Shown here piece after piece: positions 36,169 through 49,309 of a stretch of 64,000 bases of DNA; the first letter of the stretch is position 1, and each line of letters opens with the position of its first letter. The DNA lies in the NCBI RefSeq assembly GCF_037042905.1, contig NC_087245.1, positions 17,486,001-17,550,000 on the forward strand. Direction: 5' to 3'. Below the pieces are notes generated by a model, which was not told the DNA's origin, did no database searches, and saw only the letters and a program-made list of their open reading frames with translations. Source of the stretch: Lytechinus pictus. Its lineage: Eukaryota. The position numbers and the translations under genes are program-made.

Positions 36169-39100
36169 GTAAGCTCATACTTTCTATTATTATTATTATT
36201 ACTATTATCATTATTACTATTATCATTATCGCAGATTTCACACCCGTCATGATTTATCATGGACATAATTACGGTTTCATGATGTTTACTTTTACTTCTT
36301 AGGCCAATTTTCCATTTCCTTTCTTGGTCAATTAAAAAAAAATGAACTAAAATAGTTGCCTGTTATGTACATGTTGCACTCCTGTATTTGTCCCCCCCCC
36401 TCATCTCTCTCTCTCTATATATATATATATATCTCTCTCTCCCTCCTTGAACAGTCTTGAAAACAAGTCCTTATTTTTTTTTAATGTTCGATTTATTTAG
36501 GGAAAATTGATTTTGTATTCAGTTACGTCCATCACAATCGTCATGGAATTCTTAATTGATATCTCTTTCTGCTTCTTTCAGTCTGTCGTATGCTCATCAC
36601 AGAGTTTGCCTATTTTCCTGTTCCTCATTGCAGTGAGTTTCGTTCATGGTGGTAAGTTTGAATTTGATATTTTGACCCTTTTTTATTTGTATTGATTATC
36701 ATGATTACAAACAAAACATCTCATAATTACTGTAGACAAAAAGAAAAACAACAGAAAAAATAACTAAAATAATAATCAGAATAACAATATCAATAAGAAT
36801 ATAAAGTGACCCGGTTTTTAATCATACACTTCTTATAATATTTTTGCGATACATAAATCGCGGTATAATCTGTGAAGAGAATGTAATGTTGGATTGTAAC
36901 ATAGCCAATCCTTACTATCTTTTCAACAGTAAAGTAAATTGTGGAGAAAACACTCGGAATGATCACGAATGTTTTATAGATCCCGTGATCCCACTTTTAT
37001 TTTTTGTAACTTCCAGTTTAGTTCATACTTCAGTACTTTACATATTTAAAAGAAATATTAGGGGAAACGCATAAACGATCAAAATTACCGTCTTGTCGAT
37101 TTTTTTTTACAATACAGTTGCTGAATTAAAAGAGCTTTGCGACCCAGACCCTGTATTATGTAAGAACATCACTCTATCTGGAGGGAGATCGATTCAACTC
37201 ATTCCAAGATTAGCATCACCATCAAACGATCCTGAACCAGTTCTGGTAAAACTCTCATCTTGGCGCCATTTTGTCTGTGTTTTACCGAAAAGAAATGGTG
37301 AGTGCATAAAAACGATCTTCTACAGATATTTTAGACATGATAGGCCTATGTCCCCTTATATCATAAGATTTCGCAAAAATATTTTCTAGGCAATTTGGAT
37401 TACTGTTGCTCATTTCACCTTTCTTTAGATGGGTATTATGACCGGTTCCCTCGAGCCATTTGGCGCATCTACCTCCCGGATCTTCCTGTTCCTATAATAT
37501 GCTAACGAGATACTGTAACCGGCGTGTGGTCTATCGTGTTTAAATATTTCTGGAGGAGCTGCATCTGTTACAGGTGCTCTTCGAATTGTTATTTTTGTGT
37601 GACATTGTAGAGTTTTGCTTCTGACCAAATTGCTTTGTTGCACCAAATATGCAAAAGTCTATACATGTTATTCATTGGCAGCGGAACGGTTTTGAAAGGG
37701 GATGGGGCTGAACATACATAAAATTGCAATCATGGTCATTTTTGCGTTTTTGTACAAAGTTTTAGGAAAAGTGGGGCTGAAGCCCCTAGCACCCCCCCCC
37801 CCCCCCCCCCCCGTTCAGTGAGCCATGTTAATCTGTAAATGTGGAAGGGTCTGGTTATTTACAGACTTCATTATTAACTTTTCCCCTTGTTTGTCCTTCA
37901 TTTCGGATCGTGCTTTCCTACTATCTTTTGCAAAGAGCGATTTTGTACGATTCGTATTGACTGCATCCTATGCAGTCTGCTTCCTTTTCTTGAACCATGG
38001 ACCGTGTTTATCAGTGTTTCGTAAATATCTTCTCGAGAATAGTACTTCTATACAATGTGCCTTTACCCTATCTTCTATAGGCCGGCCAGACCGGATTCGT
38101 TAATGTTTTTGTTCTCTTCCATCATCATGATCATGTGTCCATGTTTCTACTACAGGAAGTTCTGTCCCAACACAATCACCATCCGTAAATAGTTTTTTAA
38201 TTAGCATTATTATATCGTCTTTGTATTATTATGTCAATATCGTAGAGAATCCTACGGATACATCACCACCACTAGAAACTCTCGATGGAGGAAGTTCGAC
38301 AACCTCGCCAGAAATTTCATCCAGTGGATCAACTGAAGCTTCGTCAGAACAAGCAATGTCAGGCTCAGTAACTACTCCATCAGAACCTACGACCAATGGT
38401 AAAACAAGCCCCCAGCCCCCCTTCTCGGTTCCGTGCCCATAATAATCTGTAAAAGCTCCATGGTTAAAGTGATAGGGTCTGATAATACTTCCATAATGAT
38501 TTTCCTCGTTTGTCCTTTATGTCGGATCATGCATTCCTCCTAACCTTTTTGCAGTTAGGTATCGCGATTTTGTACGATTCTTATTGACCCAATCCTGTGC
38601 AGTCTTCTTCCTTTTCTTGAACCATGGATCATGTTTTTCATTGTTCCTTTAATGTCTCATCGAGAATAGTACTGCTATCAATGTTTCTTCTAGACCAGAC
38701 CGGTTTTGCTAATGTTTTTGCTCTCTTCCATTCATCTATGATCTTCCATGTTTCTCCTACACGAAGTTCTGTCCTAACACAATCACCATCGGTAATTGTT
38801 TTTTATGTCAATATCGTATAGATACTCCCATGGATGCATCACCGCCCCAAGAAACTCCTGGTGGAGGAAGTTCGACAACTTCACAAGAACTTTCTTCCAG
38901 TGGATCAACTGAAGCTTCGTCAGAACAAGCAATGACCCCAATGACAGGCTCTTCAACTACTCCATCAGAACCTACGACCAATGGTAAATCAAGCCCCCAG
39001 CCCCCCTTCTCGGTTCCGTGCCCATAATAATCTGTAATAGCTCCATGGTTAAAGTGATAGGGTCTGATAACACTTCCATAATGATTTTCCTCGTTTGTCC

Positions 39101-42100
39101 TTTATGTCGGATCATGCATTCCTCCTAACCTTTTTGCAGTTAGGTATCGCGATTTTGCACGATTCTTATTGACCCAATCCTGTGCAGTCTTCTTCCTTTT
39201 CTTGAACCATGGATCATGTTTTTCATTGTTCCTTTAATGTCTCATCGAGAATAGTACTGCTATCAATGTTTCTTCTAGACCAGACCGGTTTTGCTAATGT
39301 TTTTGCTCTCTTCCATTCATCTATGATCTTCCATGTTTCTCCTACACGAAGTTCTTTCCCAACACAATCACCATCGGTAATTGTTTTTTTATGTCAATAT
39401 CGTATAGATACTCCCATGGATGCATCACCACCCCAAGAAACTCCTGGTGGAGGAAGTTCGACAACTTCACCAGAACTTTCATCCAGTGGATCAACCGAAG
39501 CTTCGTCAGAACAAGCAATGACCCCAATGACAGGCTCTTCAACTACTCCATCAGAACATACGACAGACGATGCAGCGACAACTTTGTCACACCCTACAAC
39601 AATTCCTTCTACGGAGGCTTTACCTGAAACCACAACAAAAGGAACTTCAGGTGTGAATTCGTGTAAGACGCTCTATTCAATGGGGCATCAAACAAGTGGT
39701 GTCTATGCCATCTCTCCTAGCGGTGTGGGACTGACCGATGTCTACTGCGATATGACCACCGATAGCGGAGGGTGGACAATCTTCCAGGTACGTTCCGCCA
39801 GGTTCTCGTTGTGAAATGAATCTATCTGATGTTTATGTTTTATTAAGATGGTCAATATTTTTGCTTAATCGCATCTTTTTTTTCGTTTTTCTTTTCTTTT
39901 CTTTTTTTAAAAGAACTTTTGCTCTATCCACCATTTCATTCTGGCCTCTTCATCATGTTAATATAGGCCAAATAAGTAGAATTTTGTAGACTTGCTCGCT
40001 TCGCCCGCTCACAATTTTTCTAAAATATTCCAACGTATCTAAACTCAACCTTCTCTTGCACGCTCACTATTCGATAATTTTTTTTCACATATCACATCCT
40101 TCACAATAATAATATGCATACAGAAACGTTATGACGGATCTGTGGATTTTTACCGCAATTATACCGAGTATGTTCGTGGATTTGGTGACGTCGAGGGCGA
40201 ATACTGGTTGGGATTAGACCAACTCTACTTACTTGCTAAAGATGGAGTCGAACTCAGAATCGATATGGTTGATTACGATAACAATCCATTCTACGCTCAT
40301 TATGGCAGTTTTAGCATTGGAAGTACCAACACCAAGTAAGGTTCTTACAATTTTCCTTCGCTATAATTATAGAGAGAGCGTATGGAAAACGTTACATTTT
40401 GGAAAAGCTGTCAAAATTACGCTTATTAATGAAGTATCATTGTGTAATATCTCTAAAATCTTCTCTATTAGATGACACCACGAGATATTTTGTTCATGCT
40501 TGAGCGCAAAACGACATGTTTTATCAGGGTGACGAGAATGGCTTGCACCATAATGAAGGAATGGGCAGTCAAATCAAATGATTTGCTCGAGTTATTAAGA
40601 TCTTTTCACATACTATTTATTCTTGATTAGTACAGGATAGAAGAGGCATAACATTGTTTTTACATATATATTATATTTTTTGATGGTTTATTGTCAATTT
40701 TAGAGTGCTGATTGCGAATCTGAATGATGCCACTCGTGTAACCTTGAGCATTTTCCGCAAATTGGCAAAATCCAATATGGCCGCCAAAATATGCAAATTA
40801 CCCATGGAAATCATAAAAATTGCCCGCACATTGGCAACAAAATGCATGAAATTGTGTGGCAGGAGTGAAATACTCGCTGAAAAAATAATTTTTGACAAAA
40901 TATCTATTTTCTGGATCATAATGGCCGCCATAGGCCTCTGTATACTCTATTATGTACAACATGAATAGGGAAAACTTCACAAAAAATGAGCACTAAACTG
41001 CAAGAAATCGTGATCTATGAACGAAGTTCTGTATGCAAATCGTCATTACTAACGAGATATATCATTTATTATTTCATGTATGGGAACATTTCTGTATTTT
41101 GATATTTAAAATAGCCGCCACTGGCCAAAACAGTATTATGTACAATGGCAAAGGGGGCCAAAAAAACCCACAAGAGTGAGCACTAAAATGCATATTATTA
41201 AGATAAACGAGTGGAATACTGACTAAAAACATAATTGTTAGCGAAATTTATCATTTAATATGCCATGTATGTGATAAATGTTGTATTTTGATATTCAAAA
41301 TTGCTGCCTAAGACCCTAACAGTATTATGTACAATGAGAAAGAGGACCAAAGAAATTACAAGAGGTGGCACTAAAATGCATATGTATGTGATAAAGTTAC
41401 GTAATACTGTCTAAAAAAAACCATAATGAATATTCGTAGTACACGTAAATGGAGTAGATCTCCAACGAAATATAGTTTGTGTTAAATACTGTATTTTGAC
41501 TTTCAAAATGGCCGCCATAGACATTGACTGTATTATATATAATGCGAACTGGGAAACTAATATTCACAGGAGTGAGCACCATAAATGTACGTTATAGTGA
41601 TCCATGAGTAAAATATTGCCTGAAAGCATAATTTCTAACAAGATATATAATTTATTCTGCCAGTTAGGTGACAAATACTGTATTTTAAAAGTAAAAATGG
41701 CTACTACAGGCCCTTACGGTATATTATGTACCATGTAAATGGAAAAACATGATTTCAACAGATTTTGGCTTTGCTTGACTGAATGGTGTTGTATGAGTGA
41801 AATATTGTCTGAAAACATCATTTATAACAAGATATATCATATCTTGTGTAATTTAGGTGATAAATACTGTATTTAAACATTCAAAATGGCCGTCATATGC
41901 CCTTTTGTGAAAATTATCTGTCCACATTCAAATTGACGATAAGGGCCTATGATGGCTATTTTCAATTTCAAAATGCAGCATTTTCAACTTAATTACAGAA
42001 GATATGATATATCTCGGCAGAAACCATGGTTTTAGACAATATTTCACCCTTACATCACAATTATATGCAATATTTATAGTCAAGCAAAGCCAAATTCTGT

Positions 42101-45100
42101 CAAAATTATATGTCACATGTTCCTATGTACATAATAATTTTAGGACCTATGGCAGCAATTTTGGATTTCAAAGTATACAGCATTTATTACCTCCATGACC
42201 AATATGTGATGTATGTAGTTAGAAATCATGTTTAAGACAATATTTTTAATCGTACATAACAGTTACATGCATTTTATGATTCTCACTCTTGTGAAAATTA
42301 GTTTGGTTAGGGCTTGTAGCGGCTATTTTGAATGTCAAAATACAGTATTTATCACCTACATGGCAGAAGAAATGCTATAATTCCTTCAAAATTATGTTTT
42401 CAAATAATATTTTACTCATACAACAGGATTATATGGATTTCATAGTCAAGCAAACCCAAATTCTTACAAAATTATATGTCCCCATTTACATTCTAGATAA
42501 TACTGTTAGGGCCTTTATGGGCCAATTTTGAATTTCACAATACAGCATTTATCTCATGCATGACAAAAGAAATGATATGCCTCGCTAGAAAACATGTTTT
42601 CAGACAAAATTTTACTCGTAGATCACAATTACATGCATTTTATGTTTCTTACTCTTGTGAAAAATAGTTTCTCCATTTGCATTGTACATAATAAATATAG
42701 GGCCCATGGCGGCCATTTTGAATGTCAAATTATAGCATTTATCACATACATGGCATAATGAATAATATCTTTTGTTAACAATTCTGTTTTTAGTCAGTAT
42801 TCCACTCGTTTATCTTAATAATATGCATTTTAGTGCTCACTCTTGTGAATTTTTTGGCCCCCATTGCCATTGTACATAATACTGTTTGGGCCAGTGGCGA
42901 CTATTTTAAATATCAAAATACAGCAATTTTCCCATACATGACATAATATATATATCTCGTTAGTAATGGTGATTTGCATACTGTACTTCGTTCATATATC
43001 ACGATTTCTTGCGGTTTAGTGCTCATTTTTGTGAAAATGAGTTTTCCCTATTCATGTTAAAAATAATAGAGTTTACAGAGGCCTATGGCGGCCATTTTGA
43101 ATATCCAGAAAATAGATATTTTGTCAAAAATTATTTTTTCAGAGAGTATTTCACTCCTGCCACAAAATTTCATGCATTTATTGCTAATGTGCGGGCAAGT
43201 TTTATGACTTTCATGGGTAATTCACATATTTTGGCGGCCGTATTGGATTTTGCCAATTTGTGGAAAATGCTCAAGGTTACACGAGTGACATCATTCAGAT
43301 TCGTAATCAGCACCCTCGAATTGACAAGCAACCATAAAAAAATATTGTATATATGAAAAAACAAGGTTCGTCAATTTTCTATGGGGCCAATCCTGGACTA
43401 AATCATGCTTAAAACAGCGGACAATAGACATTTTAAAAATCTATTTTGGGTATTCACATACGTGATTTTGACAGCTTTTTCAAAATGAAACGTTTATCGT
43501 TCATCAAATTTTGATTTTTGTTTATATTGCTTATGTAATTCTACATTACACATTACTACCGAACCAACAGCAACGGTAATTATCATTTCCCTAATCATCC
43601 CCGGGTAATTTGTGCCTTGTCACTCCCGGGACACCCCCCCCCCCCAGCTCGTAATCGCGATATCTGCGCGATGGCGGAAAATGACGGTTGCATCTAAGCA
43701 AACTTTCACTAAATCTATATTATCTTGTCCCATACACGGATTAACTATTTTTTTAAACTATGTTTTTTTATGGAATTTTTCGTCGATACTTCAAAGTGCT
43801 ATTTAAATCGAATGTTACAAGGGCCGCGAAACCGAAGGGGGGGGGGGGCGGGTGTTGCTTCATCTCTCCCAGTATTTAACCATTTTCACAAAGAGTGAAA
43901 ATGACCAACGATTTTATGCATGCCCCCCCCCCCCCCTCGCTTTCCATATCGTTCTGCAGCCCCTCTGTAAAAAGATACAGTTACTAATTTTGACTAGAAA
44001 CAGAGTTTACATTGGATTTGTGCATGAAATCACTTTTTTATAGCAAATTTGGGCCTAACAATAACCATGAACAGATGACCAATAAACAAATTACGATAAT
44101 TTAAGGGGTACTCCAGGCTGAAAATGATATGATTTGAAAAAGATTTAAAAAAAATAGACAAACAAAACACTGAAGAATTGTTTGAAAATGGACAAGGAAT
44201 AAAAAAGTTATGACATTATATAGATTTGCATTATTTCGGTGAAACAGTTCTAAACATGTCTTCATGAGTAGACCGATAATATCATATCCCCACTTGTTCT
44301 TTTGTATTTTTTTACATGAAAGTATGTTTATTCATTTTTTTCTTTAAGAACAAAATATAAAAGGATAGACAATTGATATAATATTTGAGATATTCATGGC
44401 TGCAACTTATTTTATAATGATAAAGATATATCACACACACATGTATGAAAATATGAAATAAATATGATTTCATGTAACAACATAAAAAGGTAAAGTGGGG
44501 AGGTGACATCATCAGCCCACCTACTGAATATTCATGCAACGTTCATATAACTGTTTCACAATATTGCTGAATTTTACTATAGGCAAATATACTTAGATAT
44601 AATAATTTTCAACCCGAAGTAACCCTTTATTCTGATGTTGATTACATTTTCAATGTAATGCTTGTTTAAATTTATTTCAAAGTAAATGAATAAAGATATT
44701 AATGGATGAATTGAAAAAAAATAGATAAAATATAATGACGTGACAAAAAATTAATGAATTACAAAATAATATTTATGCACGGAGCATTTTTCAACTTAGG
44801 GGCCCTACGAAAATAAGAAGTAAAAATAAAGGTGCTGATACTTAGAACCTCGGGTGCGATACGTCAGACATATTTTCATTATATTTTCTCTTCAATCGCA
44901 ATCTTGAATTTACATGACTGTTTTAAGGTTCTATATAGTCTTAGACTAAATTCAATTTAATGTATGTATTTACTATCTTCAACAAAGCTACCGAATCGGG
45001 TTTTCATCATATACCGGTACTGCAGGAGAAGGGCTAGATGCAGCCAACGGACAAGCCTTCTCAACTTATGACAATGACCATGATGACGGAATTGGTAATT

Positions 45101-45252
45101 GTGCTTCTCTGTACAAAGGGGGGTGGTGGTATAACAACTGTTATACAGCCAACTTGAATGGGGTACACGGACTCCAAAATGATTTGGAAGGGATTGTTTG
45201 GGATTACCCTAACCCAAAATACATGAGAGATACAGAAATGAAGTTAAGATGA
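36145..45252 (+). CDS. FReD gene copy 2, 481 aa; join(36145..36168,36582..36651,37118..37297,38246..38398,38822..38983,39408..39787,40124..40335,44988..45252)
   Basis: Eight exons with GT/AG boundaries, 1446 nt in total, open throughout. Has one extra stalk exon. The last exon (absent from the ORF track) reads YRIGFSSYTGTAGEGLDAANGQAFSTYDNDHDDGIGNCASLYKGGWWYNNCYTANLNGVHGLQNDLEGIVWDYPNPKYMRDTEMKLR*. Confidence 0.87.
36582..36651 (+). CDS. copy 2 exon 2 (signal peptide)
   Basis: ttcag acceptor, gtaagt donor; SVVCSSQSLPIFLFLIAVSFVHG. Confidence 0.7.
37118..37297 (+). CDS. copy 2 exon 3 (Cys-containing N-terminal domain)
   Basis: tacag acceptor, gtgagt donor, 180 nt open. Confidence 0.75.
38246..38398 (+). 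CDS. copy 2 exon 4a (stalk module)
   Basis: 153 nt, phase 1-1; 9 nt shorter than copy 1 exon 4. Confidence 0.7.
38822..38983 (+). CDS. copy 2 exon 4b (extra chimeric stalk module)
   Basis: 162 nt, phase 1-1; starts like exon 5 (DTPMDASPPQETPGGG) and ends like exon 4 (SEPTTN|gtaaat). Confidence 0.7.
39408..39787 (+). CDS. copy 2 exon 5 (stalk plus FReD start)
   Basis: 380 nt; ends VYCDMTTDSGGWTIFQ|gtacgt. Confidence 0.9.
40124..40335 (+). CDS. copy 2 exon 6 (FReD middle)
   Basis: 212 nt; KRYDGSVDFYRNYTEYVRGFG... Confidence 0.92.
40628..43400. mobile_element. Academ-like 2.8 kb foldback element in copy 2 intron 6
   Basis: Termini tagtacagga / tcctggacta; 3 bp TSD gat/aat; empty site ttcttaatcatgc at about 20825 in copy 1; long mirrored arms with ~175 bp subrepeats. 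Confidence 0.8.
44101..44628. mobile_element. Kolobok-like MITE, partial copy at about 21290-21755
   Basis: ttaaggggtactccaggctgaaaat ... attttcaacccgaagtaacccttta. Confidence 0.5.
44988..45252 (+). CDS. copy 2 exon 7 (FReD P subdomain with canonical-type FSTYDNDHD loop)
   Basis: aacaaag acceptor; open to TGA at 45250-45252. Confidence 0.9.
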
Positions 45253-45355
45253 TCGGATTGATCCATGTTGTTGTCATTCCTTTCTACCTAATTTTTGAAG
45301 TTCTTATACAATAGCTATTTTAAAGCACAATGTAGTCCAAGTGATTGTGTATATT

Positions 45356-46096
45356 CATGGACCTATGAAGAGATGGACATTCATCGCTTAGATAATGAAT
45401 TCACTAACAGGTGACGGTAATTGTCATCTGAATAACATTCTCTTCATACCGTAGTCTTCTTTGGTCCTATGATCGTCACCGTGAGAAGGGACTGAATTAG
45501 TTCGTGATTGGACATTTATATTTCACAAATTATATGCGCAGTTGATAGAAAATCAATGAAATAATGGATAATCGATGTGCAGTTTTTGTTTACCTTTGTT
45601 AATCTTAGTTCCATGTGTTTTATTTGGGGAAATGTCTGCATATTTTAATATAGAGGCAATATTGTGATTGATTGTTTACCATTTAAAATTCAATTTTCCC
45701 AAGTTTCTCCATAATATTCCAGATATACGTGGCACATAACATGTGTAGATCGTGTATCTTTCAATGTTATTGAGGTCCTTATGTGTGAGCGGTAGTTAGC
45801 GGATCGAATAATATCATATTTTATATCATAAAAATCGTCTGCTTCTCAAGTTTGCTGATCCATATATGAAGCATATTGACTGAAAGGCACATACTGAAAC
45901 AGGGGATCAGCCAACAAAAATCAAGACCGGGAAACTGTTCCGTCTTTGAGTGATCAGATACCCTTGGTAGTCATGGTAATTGCTATTGTTACAACACCTG
46001 TATGTTCTCATTAAGATGCGCATAACCAGGTGACGGTGACTATCATTGGGTCAAAGAAATGCTCGCGTTAATCGTCCATCTTTTCATAGGTCCATG
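45356..46096. mobile_element. P-element-like non-autonomous element in the copy 2 3' UTR/flank
   Basis: TIR catggacctatgaagagatggac / gtccatcttttcataggtccatg; 7 bp TSD GTATATT; empty site gtgtatattagaga at about 22460. Confidence 0.8.
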
Positions 46097-49000
46097 GTAT
46101 ATTAGAGAATCACTTGAAAAACAGGAATAAGCAATTTAAACATATTTCATGTAATGATCTATATCTATAATGGATTTCATGTCAACATGGTAACACGAAC
46201 ATGGGCCTCATGTTTCGGAGGGGGGGGGGATGGGCTGCTCACGTATAATGGTAGAACCGGTACGTGGCTCTTAAGACCCCTTTTCACTCATTGACCAACC
46301 CGTTCTCCCTCGCTCATTCATGTCCTAACTAAGCCCTTTATTTTATTCGTCAGTTCTCGATGACCATATTTCATTGTAAATTCCACCCACCCCCCCCCCA
46401 AAAAAAAAAAAAAATGCAGAACTTCAGTTCTTATGAGTATGGCATCTGATTTTCTGGCCAAACATCCGTATCCTTTCCAATCCGAGTGGGGGGGGGGTGC
46501 CTCTCACTGAAAACCAGTCCAGAATGATAGTCCTTTCTCAAGAGCTTTCAAGACACTGGACCCTGGTTCATTTCACACCTTAAGGGCGCCACCTATTGCT
46601 GTTCTTTACCAGGAAACGAAACAAAACTGTTTATTCATATTTATTTATCAAAACCTAATAGACAATCATTATTCGGAGTTGTTAAAACTCATATTAGTGA
46701 AAAGTGCGTAAGTTTCAATATTTTACATCAAATCCAGACAATAACAGACTGTCATGAAAATAGCATTTTTCTCGTGACAATTTTATTTCCACTCTACAAA
46801 ATCCCAGCCATGGCGTAATTTCTTTCAGCAAGAAATTTATCCACATTGTGCTGCACTCAACCCAGGTGAGGTGAATGGGTACCCGGTAGGAAGAAATTCC
46901 TTGAATGCTTGAGCAGCCCAGCTAAAGCCAGGGTAATAATAATAGCAGGGCCTGCTGGGAGAACAGTTTTCAGAACTTAAGTGGCTTCCCTGTGTAAATA
47001 TACCTATATAACTATATTATTATAAAATACGTACCTTTTTAATTTATCTTTGATACAACCGATGTAGAAGAAGCTTGGCTATTATAGTATGACGTATAAA
47101 TTTATATGTCTCTCTCTCTCACTTACACACTCTCCCCTGCATTATTTTCTATTATTCATGCCATGTAAGTAGACTTAAGTTCTTGACGAAATACTGTTAT
47201 CTTTTTGTTTATCTGCTTATATTCCTCAAATTGTATATTTGTTTTGCATAACCTTGTATTTTTGTTTTTAACAAAATATTGGCGAATGCTAGTGATGCTC
47301 TAATAATAAATTCAGTTCAATTCATGTTAGCAGTAAACAAACATACTCCAAGGAAGAAAAAAACGAGCTCGGTCTAAAGTCTGTCCTTGGATGTACGACG
47401 AGTTAATTAGTGAGATGAATAGACGAAATAAGTTTCATAAAATGATATTAAAGTATAATTGCTCAGAATAAACTGACAATGGACAAAACATCGAGAATTA
47501 TCGTTTACCCTTTCAAGCCACTTTAAATTTTAATGTGGAAGTGTGTGGACATTTGTAAAATGTTGATTTATAACTTGTCAAATTTTGAGGATTTTCACAT
47601 TTTTGAACTGTCTGACTGTTATTATACCATATTTCACCCAATTTCTGGATATATTAATGTTTTGATATATATTTCTTCATGTGTTAATTTAATATCCATA
47701 TTTTGTGATCAAATAAAATTGGAAATATTCGCAATTATCTATTTTCAACAAAACTCACTTTTCAGTTTTCCCATGAACAGATGAAACTGGCGACATCACG
47801 GGTCGCCAACAAAGGCTACATTGCACCTGTGTATTCTTTTGTACTTCTTTATGAATCGAAAGCTACATGAATAAATTTGCATTTCGTTGACACTCCATCT
47901 TTTTTACCTCGATGGAATTATCGACCAATTTCTCTCCTTAGTTATAATTTTTATCGAAGATTCAAGAGAGAGCTGTAGTTGCGTAACTATGGGGGGGGGG
48001 AGAGATAACGGAGGAAAAAGAAGAGAATTGAGGAAGGAAGAAAGAGAGACATTGTGACAGACATTGTGGGAAATGAAAGAAGGGGAATGTAAGTAATCTT
48101 ATTTTGATAATTTGATGAAAAATAATGTGCATAGGGTCTATGTGCTCATCACTCCTGGTGCTCATATTGTCTGATTAGATACATAATCCCGTTCAAGAGG
48201 ATTAAATGGAGCAATGCATTTTCAAGTCATACACCAAATATTTTTCCTCGAGCGCTCGTCAGGCCTAATTCGCTTTGTGAATTAGGATATCCCTCGCTTC
48301 GCTCGGGAAGCAGCCGCCAGGGCCTCGACAAGAGGCTACGTCAGTGGCTGTTCAGACAGCAGCATCAAATGCAGCACCATCAACCGGAAAAATTATGCAA
48401 TAAAAATGATTTCTACAGGAGCACCTCAAGGCTCAGTCCTTGGGCCGCTGCTATTTACCATCTTTATTAACGATCTACCAATACAAGTCGAGACGTTTTT
48501 TCATGTACTGTTGTAATGTTTGGTCTAATCGATTTCTAAACAATAACGAAATAAGCACATAACGAAATAAGCACAATTACGATGAGCACATAGACCCTAT
48601 GCACATTATTTTTCATCAACTGCACAAGCGTGCAGCGTATAGGGCTATTAGCCTATATCCGGTTTCTCTTGGATGACCCCATCAAAACACGTATTTTATC
48701 AACTTACAACCAGCACAAAAAAATGTTGATTTGATTTGAATAAAAAGATAAAATCAAACAAGCATAACACTTAAAATTTCATCAGAATCGGTTGTAAAAT
48801 GAGAAAGTTATGACATTTTAAAGTTTTGCTTAATTTCACAAAACAGTTATACGAATACTGGTCGGTATGCAAATGAGGAGACTGGTGATGCCATCCACTC
48901 ACTATTTGTTTGTATTTTAGTATATGAAATATGTAATATTCTCATTTTCTCCTCATCGTCAAGTGAAATAACGATTAATTCCTCCCTGAACCCGTGGAAT

Positions 49001-49309
49001 TAACATTGTATAGATGTGGACGTCATTGGACGAAGCGGGTATTGGACGAAACTGGGTCGACGGACGAACTGACGGACAATTTGGTCGAAATGATTATGTC
49101 GGGGCACTGTGGGCAATGGTAATGGACCTGAATCAGCAAAGCCCCCCCCCCCCCCCCAAAAAAAAAAAAAAAAAAAAAAAAAAACGAAAGAAGGAAGGAA
49201 AGAAAAATGGGCTAAGGTAATCAATTTCAATGGGGTTTTATTGACCAAATGTCGTATATTCCCTGGAATCTTTCCGTCAACTGACAAAAGACACCTTTGT
49301 TTCAAGACT

